64,000 nt of DNA from contig JAHCID010000010.1 of NCBI GenBank assembly GCA_026129405.1, forward strand, positions 4,122-68,121, written 5' to 3'. A program made the translations under genes and the position numbers. Source of the stretch: a bacterium (GTDB taxonomy: Bacteria > Desulfobacterota > Binatia > DP-6). Each line of letters begins with the position of its first letter. The stretch's first letter is position 1. Below are positions 9,296-19,782 of this stretch, in pieces. The notes under the pieces were generated by a model. That model made no database searches and was not told the origin of the DNA. It worked only from the letters and a program-made list of their open reading frames with translations.

Positions 9296-9729
9296 TGCCT
9301 GCCAGTGCTTCCGAAGTCCTCGTCGCCAGGCGATATCTCGAGCGAGGGTTCCTCGACGCCGCCATGCGGCTCTTCGTCCGCAACGCGGCAGCGGTCGATC
9401 CTGGCGATTGGTCACGTCTGGCGGATCGTTTGATGGAGCGTCACCGGGTCCAGGACGTCGTCCGGGTCTGCGAGCTGGGCGGAGTACCCCTGCCGCGCGA
9501 GCGGATGCTGTCGATGGCCGACGGCTGTCTGCGTCGCAAGGACGTCGACGGCGCGATCCGCCTCTATGAGCTCGGCGAGGCCGATCGCGAGCGCTGGGCC
9601 CACCTGGTCGACGTCCTGACCGGTCTGCCCGAGCGCACGCGCCAGGCCATCCATGTGGCCGACCGCCACCTACGTCCCGACGATCCGAACGGCCTGGACG
9701 CCTCCGCGCGTCTGACGGTGGCCCGGTAG
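9296..9729 (+). CDS. hypothetical protein (144 aa, helical)
   Basis: Protein-like composition from MPASASEVLVARRYLERGFLDAAMRLF... with no recognisable family. The opposite-strand ORFs are Arg-rich shadows. Confidence 0.45.
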
Positions 9730-9764
9730 CCCTGGCCCGGCCCTCGGATTGGCTGCGGCCCGCG

Positions 9765-10784
<1,020 letters not shown>

Positions 10785-10851
10785 CGCGCCCCGGGGGGCG
10801 GCGCTAGCAGCGCGAGAGGTGGCCGAGCCGAGCCCGAGCGTCCGCGAGGAC

Positions 10852-11922
10852 ATGCCGTGGGGCGCGTGTCCGCTGCCCACGGATCCGCCGCCTCCCGAGC
10901 TGGCGCGCGAGGTACGCCGGCACCTCGGGACGGTGCCGATCTGGGCGGGCGTCCTCGCACCGGCGCCGTGGGTCGTGCGCTGCAACATCGGGCTCCTGGG
11001 TGCGCCTCTCGCCCACCTGCCGTCGCGTCTCTGGGAGCTGGCGACGCTCGTCGTGAGCCAGGACAACTCGTGTCGCTACTGCTTCGGGACCCAGCGCACG
11101 CTGCTGCGCATCCTCGGCTATCGCGAGGCCGAGATCGATCGGCTGGCGCACGACCTCGATCGTGCCGACGTCTCGCCGATCGAGCGGGCGGCGCTGGGCT
11201 TCGCCCGCCGGGTGTCACGGGCACAGCCCCGGCCGGGCGCCGCCGACCGCACGGCGCTCGTCGACGGCGGCTTCCCGGCCGCGGCCGTGCCCGAGCTCGT
11301 CTTCGCCGCCGGCGCCGTGGTCTACGCGAATCGCCTCTCCACTCTCGTCGCGATGCCGCCGGAGAGCTTCGAGCTCGCGGCCGAGCATCCGCTCGGCCGG
11401 CTCCTCATGCCGCTGGTCTCGCGGCTCGTTCGGCGACGCTTCGCGCATCCGCGCGGCCGGCCCATGCCCGCGCCCGCGGCGACGGGCGGCGTCGGCGACG
11501 CGGTGGTCGCGGCCCTCGGCGAGGTGCCGGCTGCGGCCGCGCTGCGCGAGGCGATCGACGCCGCGTTCGCCTCGTCGATCCTCCCGCGCCGAACGAAGCT
11601 CCTCTGCTGGGGCGTCGTGGCGCGCGCGCTCGGCTGCCCGGCGAACGAGCGGGAGGCCGTGGACGCGCTCTGGCGCGAGGGCGTGGCGCCCGTCGAGGTC
11701 GCAGGCGTGCTCGCACACCTCGGCGGCCCCGGCGTCGACGCCCGCGAGGCGCAGCTGCTCGCGCTGGCGCGCGAGTCGGTGCACTACCAGGTGCCCGTGA
11801 TCCAGGAGCGGCTGCGGGCGGCGGCGACGACGCTCGGCGCGGACGAGACCGTCGAGCTGGTCGGCTTCCTCGCGCTCGCGAACGGCGCCGTGCGCATCGG
11901 CGCCATGCTCGACGCGTGCTGA
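10852..11922 (+). CDS. carboxymuconolactone decarboxylase (AhpD-like) family protein, tandem CMD domains
   Basis: AhpD/CMD core motif with CxxC (VVSQDNSCRYCFGTQRTLLRILGY) followed by a second CMD-like domain. The first 300 nt of the track ORF overlap hisC in another frame and were discarded. Confidence 0.75.
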   Translation: MPWGACPLPTDPPPPELAREVRRHLGTVPIWAGVLAPAPWVVRCNIGLLGAPLAHLPSRLWELATLVVSQDNSCRYCFGTQRTLLRILGYREAEIDRLAHDLDRADVSPIERAALGFARRVSRAQPRPGAADRTALVDGGFPAAAVPELVFAAGAVVYANRLSTLVAMPPESFELAAEHPLGRLLMPLVSRLVRRRFAHPRGRPMPAPAATGGVGDAVVAALGEVPAAAALREAIDAAFASSILPRRTKLLCWGVVARALGCPANEREAVDALWREGVAPVEVAGVLAHLGGPGVDAREAQLLALARESVHYQVPVIQERLRAAATTLGADETVELVGFLALANGAVRIGAMLDAC

Positions 11923-12695
11923 CCGCGCTGCTCGGCGCCGTCGCGGCGGCGCTCGCCGTGGTCGCGCTCCGGGCGCGTCGACGGGCTACGGCGCTGGCGG
12001 AGCGGCTGGCGACCGCGTCGCGCGAGCTGGAGAGGCTGCAGCAGAGCTTCACGCGCTTCGCGCCCGCGGAGGTGGTCGAGGACATCATCGCCCGCGGCGT
12101 GTCGACGATGCCCGTCACCAAGGAGGTGACGGTGCTCTTCGCCGACCTGCGCGGCTTCACCGCGCTCGCCGAGACCATGCCCCCGAGCGATCTCGTGCGG
12201 ATGCTGAACGGCTGGTTCGCGGCGATGGCCGACGCCGTCGCCGCCCACCGCGGTCACCTGGCGAAGTTCCTCGGCGACGGCTTCCTCGCGCTGTTCGGAG
12301 CGCTGGAGGCGAACCCCTGGCAGACCGACGACGCCGTGCGCGCCGCGCTGGCGATGCGTGCCGCGGTGCGCGGCTACAACGCGCGCCTGCGCGACCAGGG
12401 GCTCCCGCCGCTCGCGATCGCCGTGGGCATCCACCGCGGCCCGGTCGTCGCCGGGCTGCTCGGCACCGATCTGCTCGTCGAGTACGGCGTGATCGGCGCT
12501 ACGGTGAACCTGGCGTCCCGGGTCGAGCGGCTCACGCGCGAGCACGGGACGGACGTGCTCGTGACATCGGCGGTGCGCGACGTGCTCGATCCGCGCGTCC
12601 GCCTGCGCGCGCTCCCGCCGGCGATGGTCCCCGGGGTGGCAGAGCCGGTCTCGACGTTCGCCGTCGAGGCCGGCGTCGCGGCGCCGGCGGAGTAG
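11917..12695 (+). CDS. class III adenylate/guanylate cyclase with single N-terminal TM helix
   Basis: N-terminal hydrophobic helix (LTALLGAVAAALAVVAL). Cyclase catalytic motifs VTVLFADLRGFTALAE ... KFLGDGFLALFG ... GIHRGPVVAGLLG. A GTG start overlaps the CMD stop (GTGCTGA). Confidence 0.8.
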
Positions 12696-12729
12696 CGGGG
12701 CACGGATCGGCTCGCGCGGGCGCTCGCGG

Positions 12730-15456
12730 TCAGCCGCCGGTACCGATCCGGACGTCGTCGACCGCGACCGTGCTCCGGATCGCCTGGATGCCGAGCTGTC
12801 CGGTCGCGGCCTTCGCCGTCTCGCCGGTGAGGAGGCTCGCGCCGTCGACCGTCACCGCGACGGTCTTCCCGCTCGTGCTGATCGTGACCGTCGTGACCCC
12901 GGCGAGGGGTCTGCGGGCGGAGCCGATCGTTCGGCGCCGCCGGCCGCTGCGCTCGCGCAGCTTCCAGCGTCCGCTCTTCTTGATGACGAGCTCGCGGTAG
13001 TGCGACGCGTCCGCGACGCCGGTGAGCAGGCGAACCTGTCGGCCGGCGAGCAGCTCGAGCGTGACGCTGAACGTGCCGTCGGCCTGCGGCGGGACCGGCG
13101 CGAGGACACGGATCTGCGGCCGGCCGGTGAGGATCAGGCGTCCGTCGGTCACCGTCGCCGATCCCTTGCCGCGCCGGACCCAGTCGCTCGCGTCGCCGTC
13201 GCCGAAGTCGTCCTCGAAATCGCACGAGTCGCTGGAGCACGTCGTGAACGTGAAGACCGGGCTGGTGCTGGGGGCTTCGCATGCCGGGCTCTGCGCGACC
13301 ACCCGCCAGTGGTACCTCGTGCCGCGCTCGAGCCTTCCGGGGGCGAAGGACGTGCCGGTGAGCCCCGAGGCGACGCGCGTCGTCGCCGTGCCGGCGGAAT
13401 CGAAGTAGATGTCGTACGAGCTCGCGCCGCTCGCGGCGTACCAGGTGAGGACGGGACCAGCGGGCGTGATGCGCGTGTCGCCGTTCGTGGGCGAGGCCGC
13501 GATCGCGGTACCCAAGGTGGCACACGTGACCGTCACCGTCGCCGCGGCGAGGGTCGAGGTCCGCTCCTTCAGCTCGTACGTCGTCGTGATGGCGGGGCTC
13601 ACGTTGGCGATGCCGAATGGGGTGGCCACGGCTCCCACGCCCTCGCCGATGGAACGGTTCTCGGTGGACGTCATCGCCCAGGCGAGCGTGCTCGGCTGGC
13701 CCGACGAGATGGTCGTCGGGGCCGCGCGGAACGCGGTGAAGCTGGTGCCGCCGCTGGTGCTGCCCGACGCCTTTCCGGGGACGGCGTCGAAGGCCGTCGG
13801 CGTCCTCGCGTCGGGGTGGCAATTGCGGCCGTAGACCACGTCACTCGTCGTGAATCGGTTGTCGTCGTAGGTGATGCGGCTCGCGGAGGCGGGATTGCAG
13901 CTCGCCTCGAAGATCTCCGACGCGCCGACGTCCTGATGGAAGTAGGAGTTGCGCACCCAGCCGGCGGATTGCGCCGTCGTGGGGCCGGCCTGGTCGGTCA
14001 CGCCGATCGCACTGCCGCCGGCGGTGTGGTCCGCGAGGTTGCCGAGGAAGCGGGCACGGTCCAGCTCGAGGTACGAGCCCGCGGCGAGCATCACCCCGCC
14101 GCCGATCCCGGCGGCGTGGTTGCCCGCGAACACGCTGTCCGTGATGCGCATCGACGCGCTGCCGACGCCGAGCATGCCCGCGCCCCAGGACGTCTGCGTC
14201 CGGTTCGCGAGGACGAGGGTCTCCTCGACGACCGCGTCGGCACGATCGAGGAGCACGCCGCCGCCGTAGTCGAGCGCCGTGTTGTCCGCGACGATCGACC
14301 TGCGCATCGTCAGCGCGGCGCGATTCGTCGTCATGCCGCCGAAGTCGCCCTGCACCAGCATCCCGCCTGCCCACGTCGCCAGGTTGCCGCGGATCACGCT
14401 GCGCGTGAGCGTGACGCTGGCGCCGAGGTGCCAGTGGAGCTCGGGCACGATGACGGAGATCGCGAACACGCCTCCGCCCCAGCCGCCCGCCCCGAGGGGG
14501 AGGTTCATCTCGGCGACGTTGTCGGCGATCACCGAGTCGACGATGTCGTAGGTCGCCAGGTAGGTGCTGAGGCCGCCGCCGGAGTTCGCGTGGTTGCCGC
14601 GGACGACGACGCGATCGAGCGTGACCCGCGCGTCGCGCTCGATGTGCAGACCGCCGCCTTGGCCCTCGTTCGCCGGGGGAGCGGGAGACACGACGTTGCC
14701 CGTGAGCAGGGTGTCCCGGAAGATGGGCTCGGTGGTGCTGCCCGCCATCCCGACGACCGCGGCGCCGCCGCCGGCGAAGTGGCCGTGGTTGTCGCTGATC
14801 GTACAGCCGACGAACGTCGGGGACGAGTTGTCCATGTAGACGCCGCCGCCCCAACCCCACGAGGGCTCTGTGACGCCCGCTGCGTTCCCGGAGATGGTGC
14901 AGCGCGAGAAGAGCGTCGTCGACGGCGCCGTCACGTCGCCGTGCAGGAGGATGGCGCCGCCGAGCCGGCCCGCGGTGTTGGCGGTGAACTCGCAGTCTTC
15001 GAAGACGCCGCCCGCGCTGAGGGCGTAGATGGCGCCCCCGTCGCCGCCGGCATGGTTCCCGGTGAACCGGCAGCGTCGGAAGACGGCCTGGGAATGGGCG
15101 ATGAACAGCCCGCCGCCGTTCCCGTGGAGTCCGGTACCCCCGGTGAACGTCAGCCCTTCGACCACGAAGTCGGCACCGCAGCCCGTGACGCGAAGGGCGG
15201 CGTCGCCCTTGCCGGTGGCATCGACGACGACCCGACTCGGGTCGTCGAGGTTGCCACGCAGCGTGAGCGCGCGATCGCAGTTGTCGATGCCGAGCGCCTC
15301 GGCGTAGTGGCCGTCCGCCAGCTGGATCACCGAGCCGTCGAGAGCGCCGGCCAGGGCGGCCTGGACGGTGGGATAGTCGCCGGGCACCGCTACCGTGGCC
15401 GCTCGGGCGTGGCTCGAGAGCAGCACCACGCCGAGGAGCAGTCGCGCGAAGGGCAT
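12730..15456 (-). CDS. secreted right-handed parallel beta-helix (PbH1) repeat protein with C-terminal FN3-like and lectin/LamG-like domains
   Basis: Signal peptide MPFARLLLGVVLLSSHARAATVAVPG. There are more than 10 repeats of the GG.....N.A..GGAI pattern (e.g. FTGNHAGGDGGAIY, ISGNAAGVTEPSWGWGGGVYM, VRGNHANSGGGLS). C-terminal part has the fibronectin-III-like segment (TRYHWRVVAQS). Confidence 0.8.
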   Translation of the reverse strand: MPFARLLLGVVLLSSHARAATVAVPGDYPTVQAALAGALDGSVIQLADGHYAEALGIDNCDRALTLRGNLDDPSRVVVDATGKGDAALRVTGCGADFVVEGLTFTGGTGLHGNGGGLFIAHSQAVFRRCRFTGNHAGGDGGAIYALSAGGVFEDCEFTANTAGRLGGAILLHGDVTAPSTTLFSRCTISGNAAGVTEPSWGWGGGVYMDNSSPTFVGCTISDNHGHFAGGGAAVVGMAGSTTEPIFRDTLLTGNVVSPAPPANEGQGGGLHIERDARVTLDRVVVRGNHANSGGGLSTYLATYDIVDSVIADNVAEMNLPLGAGGWGGGVFAISVIVPELHWHLGASVTLTRSVIRGNLATWAGGMLVQGDFGGMTTNRAALTMRRSIVADNTALDYGGGVLLDRADAVVEETLVLANRTQTSWGAGMLGVGSASMRITDSVFAGNHAAGIGGGVMLAAGSYLELDRARFLGNLADHTAGGSAIGVTDQAGPTTAQSAGWVRNSYFHQDVGASEIFEASCNPASASRITYDDNRFTTSDVVYGRNCHPDARTPTAFDAVPGKASGSTSGGTSFTAFRAAPTTISSGQPSTLAWAMTSTENRSIGEGVGAVATPFGIANVSPAITTTYELKERTSTLAAATVTVTCATLGTAIAASPTNGDTRITPAGPVLTWYAASGASSYDIYFDSAGTATTRVASGLTGTSFAPGRLERGTRYHWRVVAQSPACEAPSTSPVFTFTTCSSDSCDFEDDFGDGDASDWVRRGKGSATVTDGRLILTGRPQIRVLAPVPPQADGTFSVTLELLAGRQVRLLTGVADASHYRELVIKKSGRWKLRERSGRRRRTIGSARRPLAGVTTVTISTSGKTVAVTVDGASLLTGETAKAATGQLGIQAIRSTVAVDDVRIGTGG

Positions 15457-15594
15457 CACCAAGGCGATGGAGCAAGGTCGATGCCAGGCGGTGGGGCAAG
15501 TGCTTTCGGGTCGATGGCCGCTGCGGAGTGTGGAAACGACCATGATGACGTCGGTGTGCGGCGCCCGTGCGTCGCGCGTCTGAACTAGCACGGC

Positions 15595-16764
15595 TCACGG
15601 CGTCTGCGCCGGCGCCATCTGCGCGCGCGCCACGTCCTCGACCGGATCGACGACGAGCAGCCGCCGCTCGACGATCTCCAGGATCACGACGTCGGGGCGT
15701 TCGCGTGCGATGATCTCGGGATCGAGCCGATATCCGGTGACGTAGACGATGCGCCGGAAGCGCTCCGACAGGAACGGCATCATCGCGGTCCCGAACGAAT
15801 CCCGGAACATCACGGCACGCGGCGCGGCGGGATCGTCGATCTCGGTCGCGCTGGGGTGGGCCCAGACGTCGAGCTTGCCGGGGTCGAACGCGACGTTGGC
15901 CTCGGCCGGCCTCGCGCGCGGCGGGCGGCGGGGGATCAGACGCTGGTGGCGCTCGAGGAGGACGTCGCGCAGGCCGAGCATGCCGGTCAGATCCCCGCCC
16001 AGATCCAGCGCTTCGCGCGCCTCGTAGGCGTCGCGCCCGAGCGGCGGGACCGCCGGTAGAAAGGTGCGGACGCGCTCGATGACGGCCTGCGACGCGACGA
16101 AAGCGCCCCGGTCGTTCCAGTGGCTGTCCGTCATGTGCCAGACCCGCTCGCGGGCTTTCGCGTCGCGCAGAAGTCGTCGCAGGTCGACGAACTCGACCGG
16201 GCTCGATGCCAGGTGCCGCGCGAGCTGTCCGAGTCGCGACGGTCGATGGAGACGGTTGTAGGAGCGGGGAACGTACTCCGGGTAGATCGTCTGCCCGTTG
16301 GGGGCGATGACGACCACGAGACGGCTCCCGCGCGCGCGGAGCCATCGGTCGGCGCCCTCGAGGCTCTCCACCCACCTCGTCAGGAGGGGACGCGGAAACG
16401 GGGCCAGCCGTCGATAGTCGATCATCGTGTAGTCGGTCGCGAGATACATCCATCCGTCGCGCCCGAGGACGACGCTCGGCGACGGTGAGACCCGGAGCCC
16501 CTGGACGAGGAGGCGGGCGTGCAGTCGGACCAGCACGTCGCGCAGCCCGAAGCGGTCGCCGAACCAGCGCTCGAAGGCTGCGGGGAACTGCGCCAGCGTG
16601 TCGAGGTCTAGTGCGAACGTCGGGGGCGGCTCCGGCCGGCGATTCTCCGCCATGAACCCGGATCGCCCGAAGACGTTGACGGCGATCGGCACCACGAGCG
16701 CGACGGCGAACACCGCGATGGTGACGTGCTGGAGGACGCGCGGATGGCGAGGGCGGGTCGGCAC
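15595..16764 (-). CDS. AlgJ/AlgX-like (DHHW family) polysaccharide O-acetyltransferase periplasmic component
   Basis: Signal-anchor helix (VTIAVFAVALVVPIAVNVF) then the DHHW-family motif HMTDSHWNDRGAF. A GTG start lies 3 nt after the upstream MBOAT stop, consistent with an AlgI/AlgJ pair. Confidence 0.7.
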   Translation of the reverse strand: MPTRPRHPRVLQHVTIAVFAVALVVPIAVNVFGRSGFMAENRRPEPPPTFALDLDTLAQFPAAFERWFGDRFGLRDVLVRLHARLLVQGLRVSPSPSVVLGRDGWMYLATDYTMIDYRRLAPFPRPLLTRWVESLEGADRWLRARGSRLVVVIAPNGQTIYPEYVPRSYNRLHRPSRLGQLARHLASSPVEFVDLRRLLRDAKARERVWHMTDSHWNDRGAFVASQAVIERVRTFLPAVPPLGRDAYEAREALDLGGDLTGMLGLRDVLLERHQRLIPRRPPRARPAEANVAFDPGKLDVWAHPSATEIDDPAAPRAVMFRDSFGTAMMPFLSERFRRIVYVTGYRLDPEIIARERPDVVILEIVERRLLVVDPVEDVARAQMAPAQTP

Positions 16765-16766
16765 CG

Positions 16767-18194
16767 TCAGAAGCGGAAGTAGATGAAGGGGTTGTAGGTC
16801 CCTGCCGCGAGGCGTGCGGCGGCGAGGAGGAAGAGGCCGGCGACCGCGGCGAAGCCGACGAACTCGCCGACCAACGCATGCTGCGGCGCGCGCTCCTTCA
16901 GGCGCGCGAGCGACGCCCGCGCGGCGGGGGCGAGCGGCGTCGCGGCGACGATGCCCGCGGCCATGGCCAGGAGCACGAGGTGGTCGGCGTAGAGGGCGAC
17001 GTGGAACTGGACGCTCTCGGCGGCGCCCAGGCCGACCATCGCGCGGAGCATCGCCGCGGCCTGCGGCCAGGAGTCGGCACGGAAGAACACCCAGCCGACG
17101 AGGACGACGAGCGAGGCATAGGCGTGCTGCACGACGCGCGGGGTGCGCTGGAGCAGGCGCCCGAACGGGGTGCGCTCTAGGATCAGGAACGCGCCGTGGT
17201 AGAGGCCCCACACCACGAACGTCCAGCTCGCCCCGTGCCAGAGCCCGCAGAGGAAGAAGACGGTCGCCAGGTTGCGGTACGTGCGTGCGGCGCCGGTGCG
17301 GTTCCCGCCGAGCGGAACGTAGAGGTAGTCGCGGAACCAGGTGGAGAGCGTGATGTGCCAGCGGCGCCAGAAGTCGGTGATGGACGTGGCCACGTACGGA
17401 TAGGCGAAGTTCTCCGGGAAGACGAAGCCGAACAGGCGCGCGAGGCCGATGGCCATGTCCGAGTAGCCGGAGAAATCGAAGTAGATTTGCAGCATGTAGC
17501 AGGCTGCCCCGAACCAGGCGAGCGCCGCCGTGATCTCGCCGGGCGGAAGCGCGTAGATGGCGTCGACCGGCACCGCGACGACGTTGGCGATCAGCATCTT
17601 CTTCGCCAGCCCGACGACGAAGCGCCGAATGCCTTCCGCGGCTCCGTCGACGTCGAGGGTGCGCGCGGCGAGCTGCGGCGCCAGGTAGTGGTAGCGAATG
17701 ATCGGCCCGGCGATGAGCTGCGGGAAGAGCGCGATGTAGAGCGCGAAGTCGACGAGCCGTCGCTGGGCCGGGACCTTCCCGAGGCGCACGTCCCACAGGT
17801 ACGAGAGGCTGTGGAAGGTGAAGAACGAGATGCCGATGGGCAGGTGTACGTGCGGCATCGGGAGCACGGGCAGGCCGGCCAGGGCGCCGAGCCGGTTCAC
17901 GTTCGCGACGAGGAAGTCGGCGTACTTGAAGGCCGCGAGCAAGAGGAGGTTCGCACCGGTCGCGACGACGAAGAGCGCGCGGCTGTCCGGGCGCCGTGCC
18001 ATGGCCAGGCCGAAGCCGTAGTTGGCGACGATCGAGAGCAGCATCACCCAGAGGAAACGGATCTCCCCCCAGGCATAGAAGAATAGACTGGCAGCGAGGA
18101 GCAGGCCGTTTCGCCAGGCGTGCGGCGTCCCAGCGTGGAGAACCAGGAGCAGCGGCAGGAACAGGAACAGAAACACCGGTGACGCGAAGACCAT
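16767..18194 (-). CDS. MBOAT-family membrane O-acyltransferase (AlgI/DltB-like)
   Basis: Polytopic membrane protein with MBOAT signatures (FWRRWHITLSTWFRDYLYVPLGG ... LWHGASW; conserved His). Confidence 0.85.
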   Translation of the reverse strand: MVFASPVFLFLFLPLLLVLHAGTPHAWRNGLLLAASLFFYAWGEIRFLWVMLLSIVANYGFGLAMARRPDSRALFVVATGANLLLLAAFKYADFLVANVNRLGALAGLPVLPMPHVHLPIGISFFTFHSLSYLWDVRLGKVPAQRRLVDFALYIALFPQLIAGPIIRYHYLAPQLAARTLDVDGAAEGIRRFVVGLAKKMLIANVVAVPVDAIYALPPGEITAALAWFGAACYMLQIYFDFSGYSDMAIGLARLFGFVFPENFAYPYVATSITDFWRRWHITLSTWFRDYLYVPLGGNRTGAARTYRNLATVFFLCGLWHGASWTFVVWGLYHGAFLILERTPFGRLLQRTPRVVQHAYASLVVLVGWVFFRADSWPQAAAMLRAMVGLGAAESVQFHVALYADHLVLLAMAAGIVAATPLAPAARASLARLKERAPQHALVGEFVGFAAVAGLFLLAAARLAAGTYNPFIYFRF

Positions 18195-18324
18195 CGGAGT
18201 CGCGCTGCCTTGGCACGGAACCCGCCTCGGCGCAACGCGCAAGGCCCGTCGCGTGGCGCCGGCGCACGCGCTGGCGCCACGAACGGGTCAGTAGGTCGCG
18301 CGCCGCGGGCGACGCGCCTCGGCG

Positions 18325-19782
18325 CTACTCGGCGTCGGGGTCTTCGTCGTCGGCGCCCGGGACGCCGAGGCCGGGGATCGCCATGCCGGGCGGGAGGCCG
18401 GCGCCCTCGGGGGCGGGCGCCACGGTCTCCGGGCCGCGGAAGTCGGCCGCCTGCTTGTCGAGGCGCGTGTACATGTAGTCGCGCACCGCGAACACGGTAG
18501 GGCCGCCCTCGCGCATGCCGTAGTGCTCCTCGCCGACGCGCGCCAGCAGCACGGTGCCGAGGCTCTTCCCAGCCGTGTCGACGAGCGTGAAGCGCAGGTC
18601 CGGGGCATCGAGACCGAAGGGTCCGAGGTCGCCGGGCGGCTCGGCGACGATGGCGGAGCCGCGGAGGTCGCGGAGGTCGTCGAGCAGGCGCGTGATCGCG
18701 CCCCCCCGGACCGGCGCCGTCGCATCGCCGCCCTCGACCGACCACCCGGTGGGCGTGCGGGTCAGCGTCGCGCCGATCCCCGTCTTGCGCTCGATGGTGA
18801 CGCGGCCCACGCGCTCGGGGGCGAAGCCGAGGAGCGTCTTGTCGCGGAACTGGGCGGCGTCCTTCGCGAGCGCCCGCCAGGACCACTCGCCGAGCGCGTA
18901 GATGGTCGGCTGGTCGGCGCGCTTCACGTACGTCTGCTTGGCGCTGCCGTCCGTGTGCTCGCCGCCGAGCAGCAGCGTCTGTGCCGGCGCGCCGTCTTTC
19001 AGCGTCGCGGTGACGGTGAGGCGCGGCGTGTCGAGCCCGGCCTGGGCCGTGTCGACGTCGGCGGGGAAGTCGACGGCGCGGGCGGAGCGCAGCGAGGCGA
19101 GGTAGGTGCGCACCTCGGTGGGGTCGGCGACGTGGTCGCCGGGCTCGACGACCCAGGCGTCGCGATCCTTGCGTACGAGGGCGCTCGGCGGGCCGTCGGC
19201 CGGCGTGACGTCGATGCGCTCCACCTGATCGTCGGTGAAGGACATGATCTGCTTGTCGCGCAGGTCCTTCACCTGCTTGTCGAGCCCGACCTTCAGCGGC
19301 GACGCCACGAGCATGACCGGGCCGTCGCCGCGGCGGACGTAGACCTTGCCGCCGATCTGCGTGCCCTTGCCGACCTGGATCGGCGCGGTCGCATCCTTGC
19401 CCACGGTGAGCACGACGGTCGGGGTGCCGGTGTCGAGGCCGAACACCGCGAGGTTACCGGTCTCACCGTCGAGCGTCTTCGACACCTTCGCGGTCGTGAG
19501 GGCGGTGAGCAGGCCCTTCACGGCGCTCTCATCGGCGGGCGCGTCGAGCGGCTGCTCGAGCCGCCAGTGGCCGTCCTGCTTGGCGAGGACGATGTGACGG
19601 TCGGGGAAGGTGAGGTCGATCTTGTCGATCGCGTCTTCCTGGACGTCGACCAGCCTGGTTCCTTCGGCTTCCTGCTCGGCCTTCGGCAGCTCGACGCGCC
19701 ACACGTAGATGCCGAGCGCGACGACGAGCAGGGCGAGGACGGCGATGCGCCCGAGCTTCACGCCGATCTCCGGCGCCACCAC
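18325..19782 (-). CDS. DUF4340-domain protein (accessory to GldG-type ABC exporter)
   Basis: N-terminal TM helix, then a long periplasmic domain of the type that follows GldG in such operons. Overlaps the gldG-like stop. Confidence 0.65.
   Translation of the reverse strand: MVAPEIGVKLGRIAVLALLVVALGIYVWRVELPKAEQEAEGTRLVDVQEDAIDKIDLTFPDRHIVLAKQDGHWRLEQPLDAPADESAVKGLLTALTTAKVSKTLDGETGNLAVFGLDTGTPTVVLTVGKDATAPIQVGKGTQIGGKVYVRRGDGPVMLVASPLKVGLDKQVKDLRDKQIMSFTDDQVERIDVTPADGPPSALVRKDRDAWVVEPGDHVADPTEVRTYLASLRSARAVDFPADVDTAQAGLDTPRLTVTATLKDGAPAQTLLLGGEHTDGSAKQTYVKRADQPTIYALGEWSWRALAKDAAQFRDKTLLGFAPERVGRVTIERKTGIGATLTRTPTGWSVEGGDATAPVRGGAITRLLDDLRDLRGSAIVAEPPGDLGPFGLDAPDLRFTLVDTAGKSLGTVLLARVGEEHYGMREGGPTVFAVRDYMYTRLDKQAADFRGPETVAPAPEGAGLPPGMAIPGLGVPGADDEDPDAE

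Noticed and set aside
9165-9383. 72-aa ORF immediately upstream of the ParE toxin as candidate antitoxin
   Set aside because: Translation (MRTKSRMAASRNPRSRYRLATRTSEALAG...) is Arg-rich with no RHH/Phd/ParD features. The other two frames upstream are equally noisy, and it is antisense to the 9296-9729 hypothetical gene.
13841-16879. 1012-aa minus ORF and 862-aa plus ORF (13000-15588) over the beta-helix gene
   Set aside because: Arg-rich shadow frames of the genuine beta-helix and AlgJ-like genes, with no motifs.
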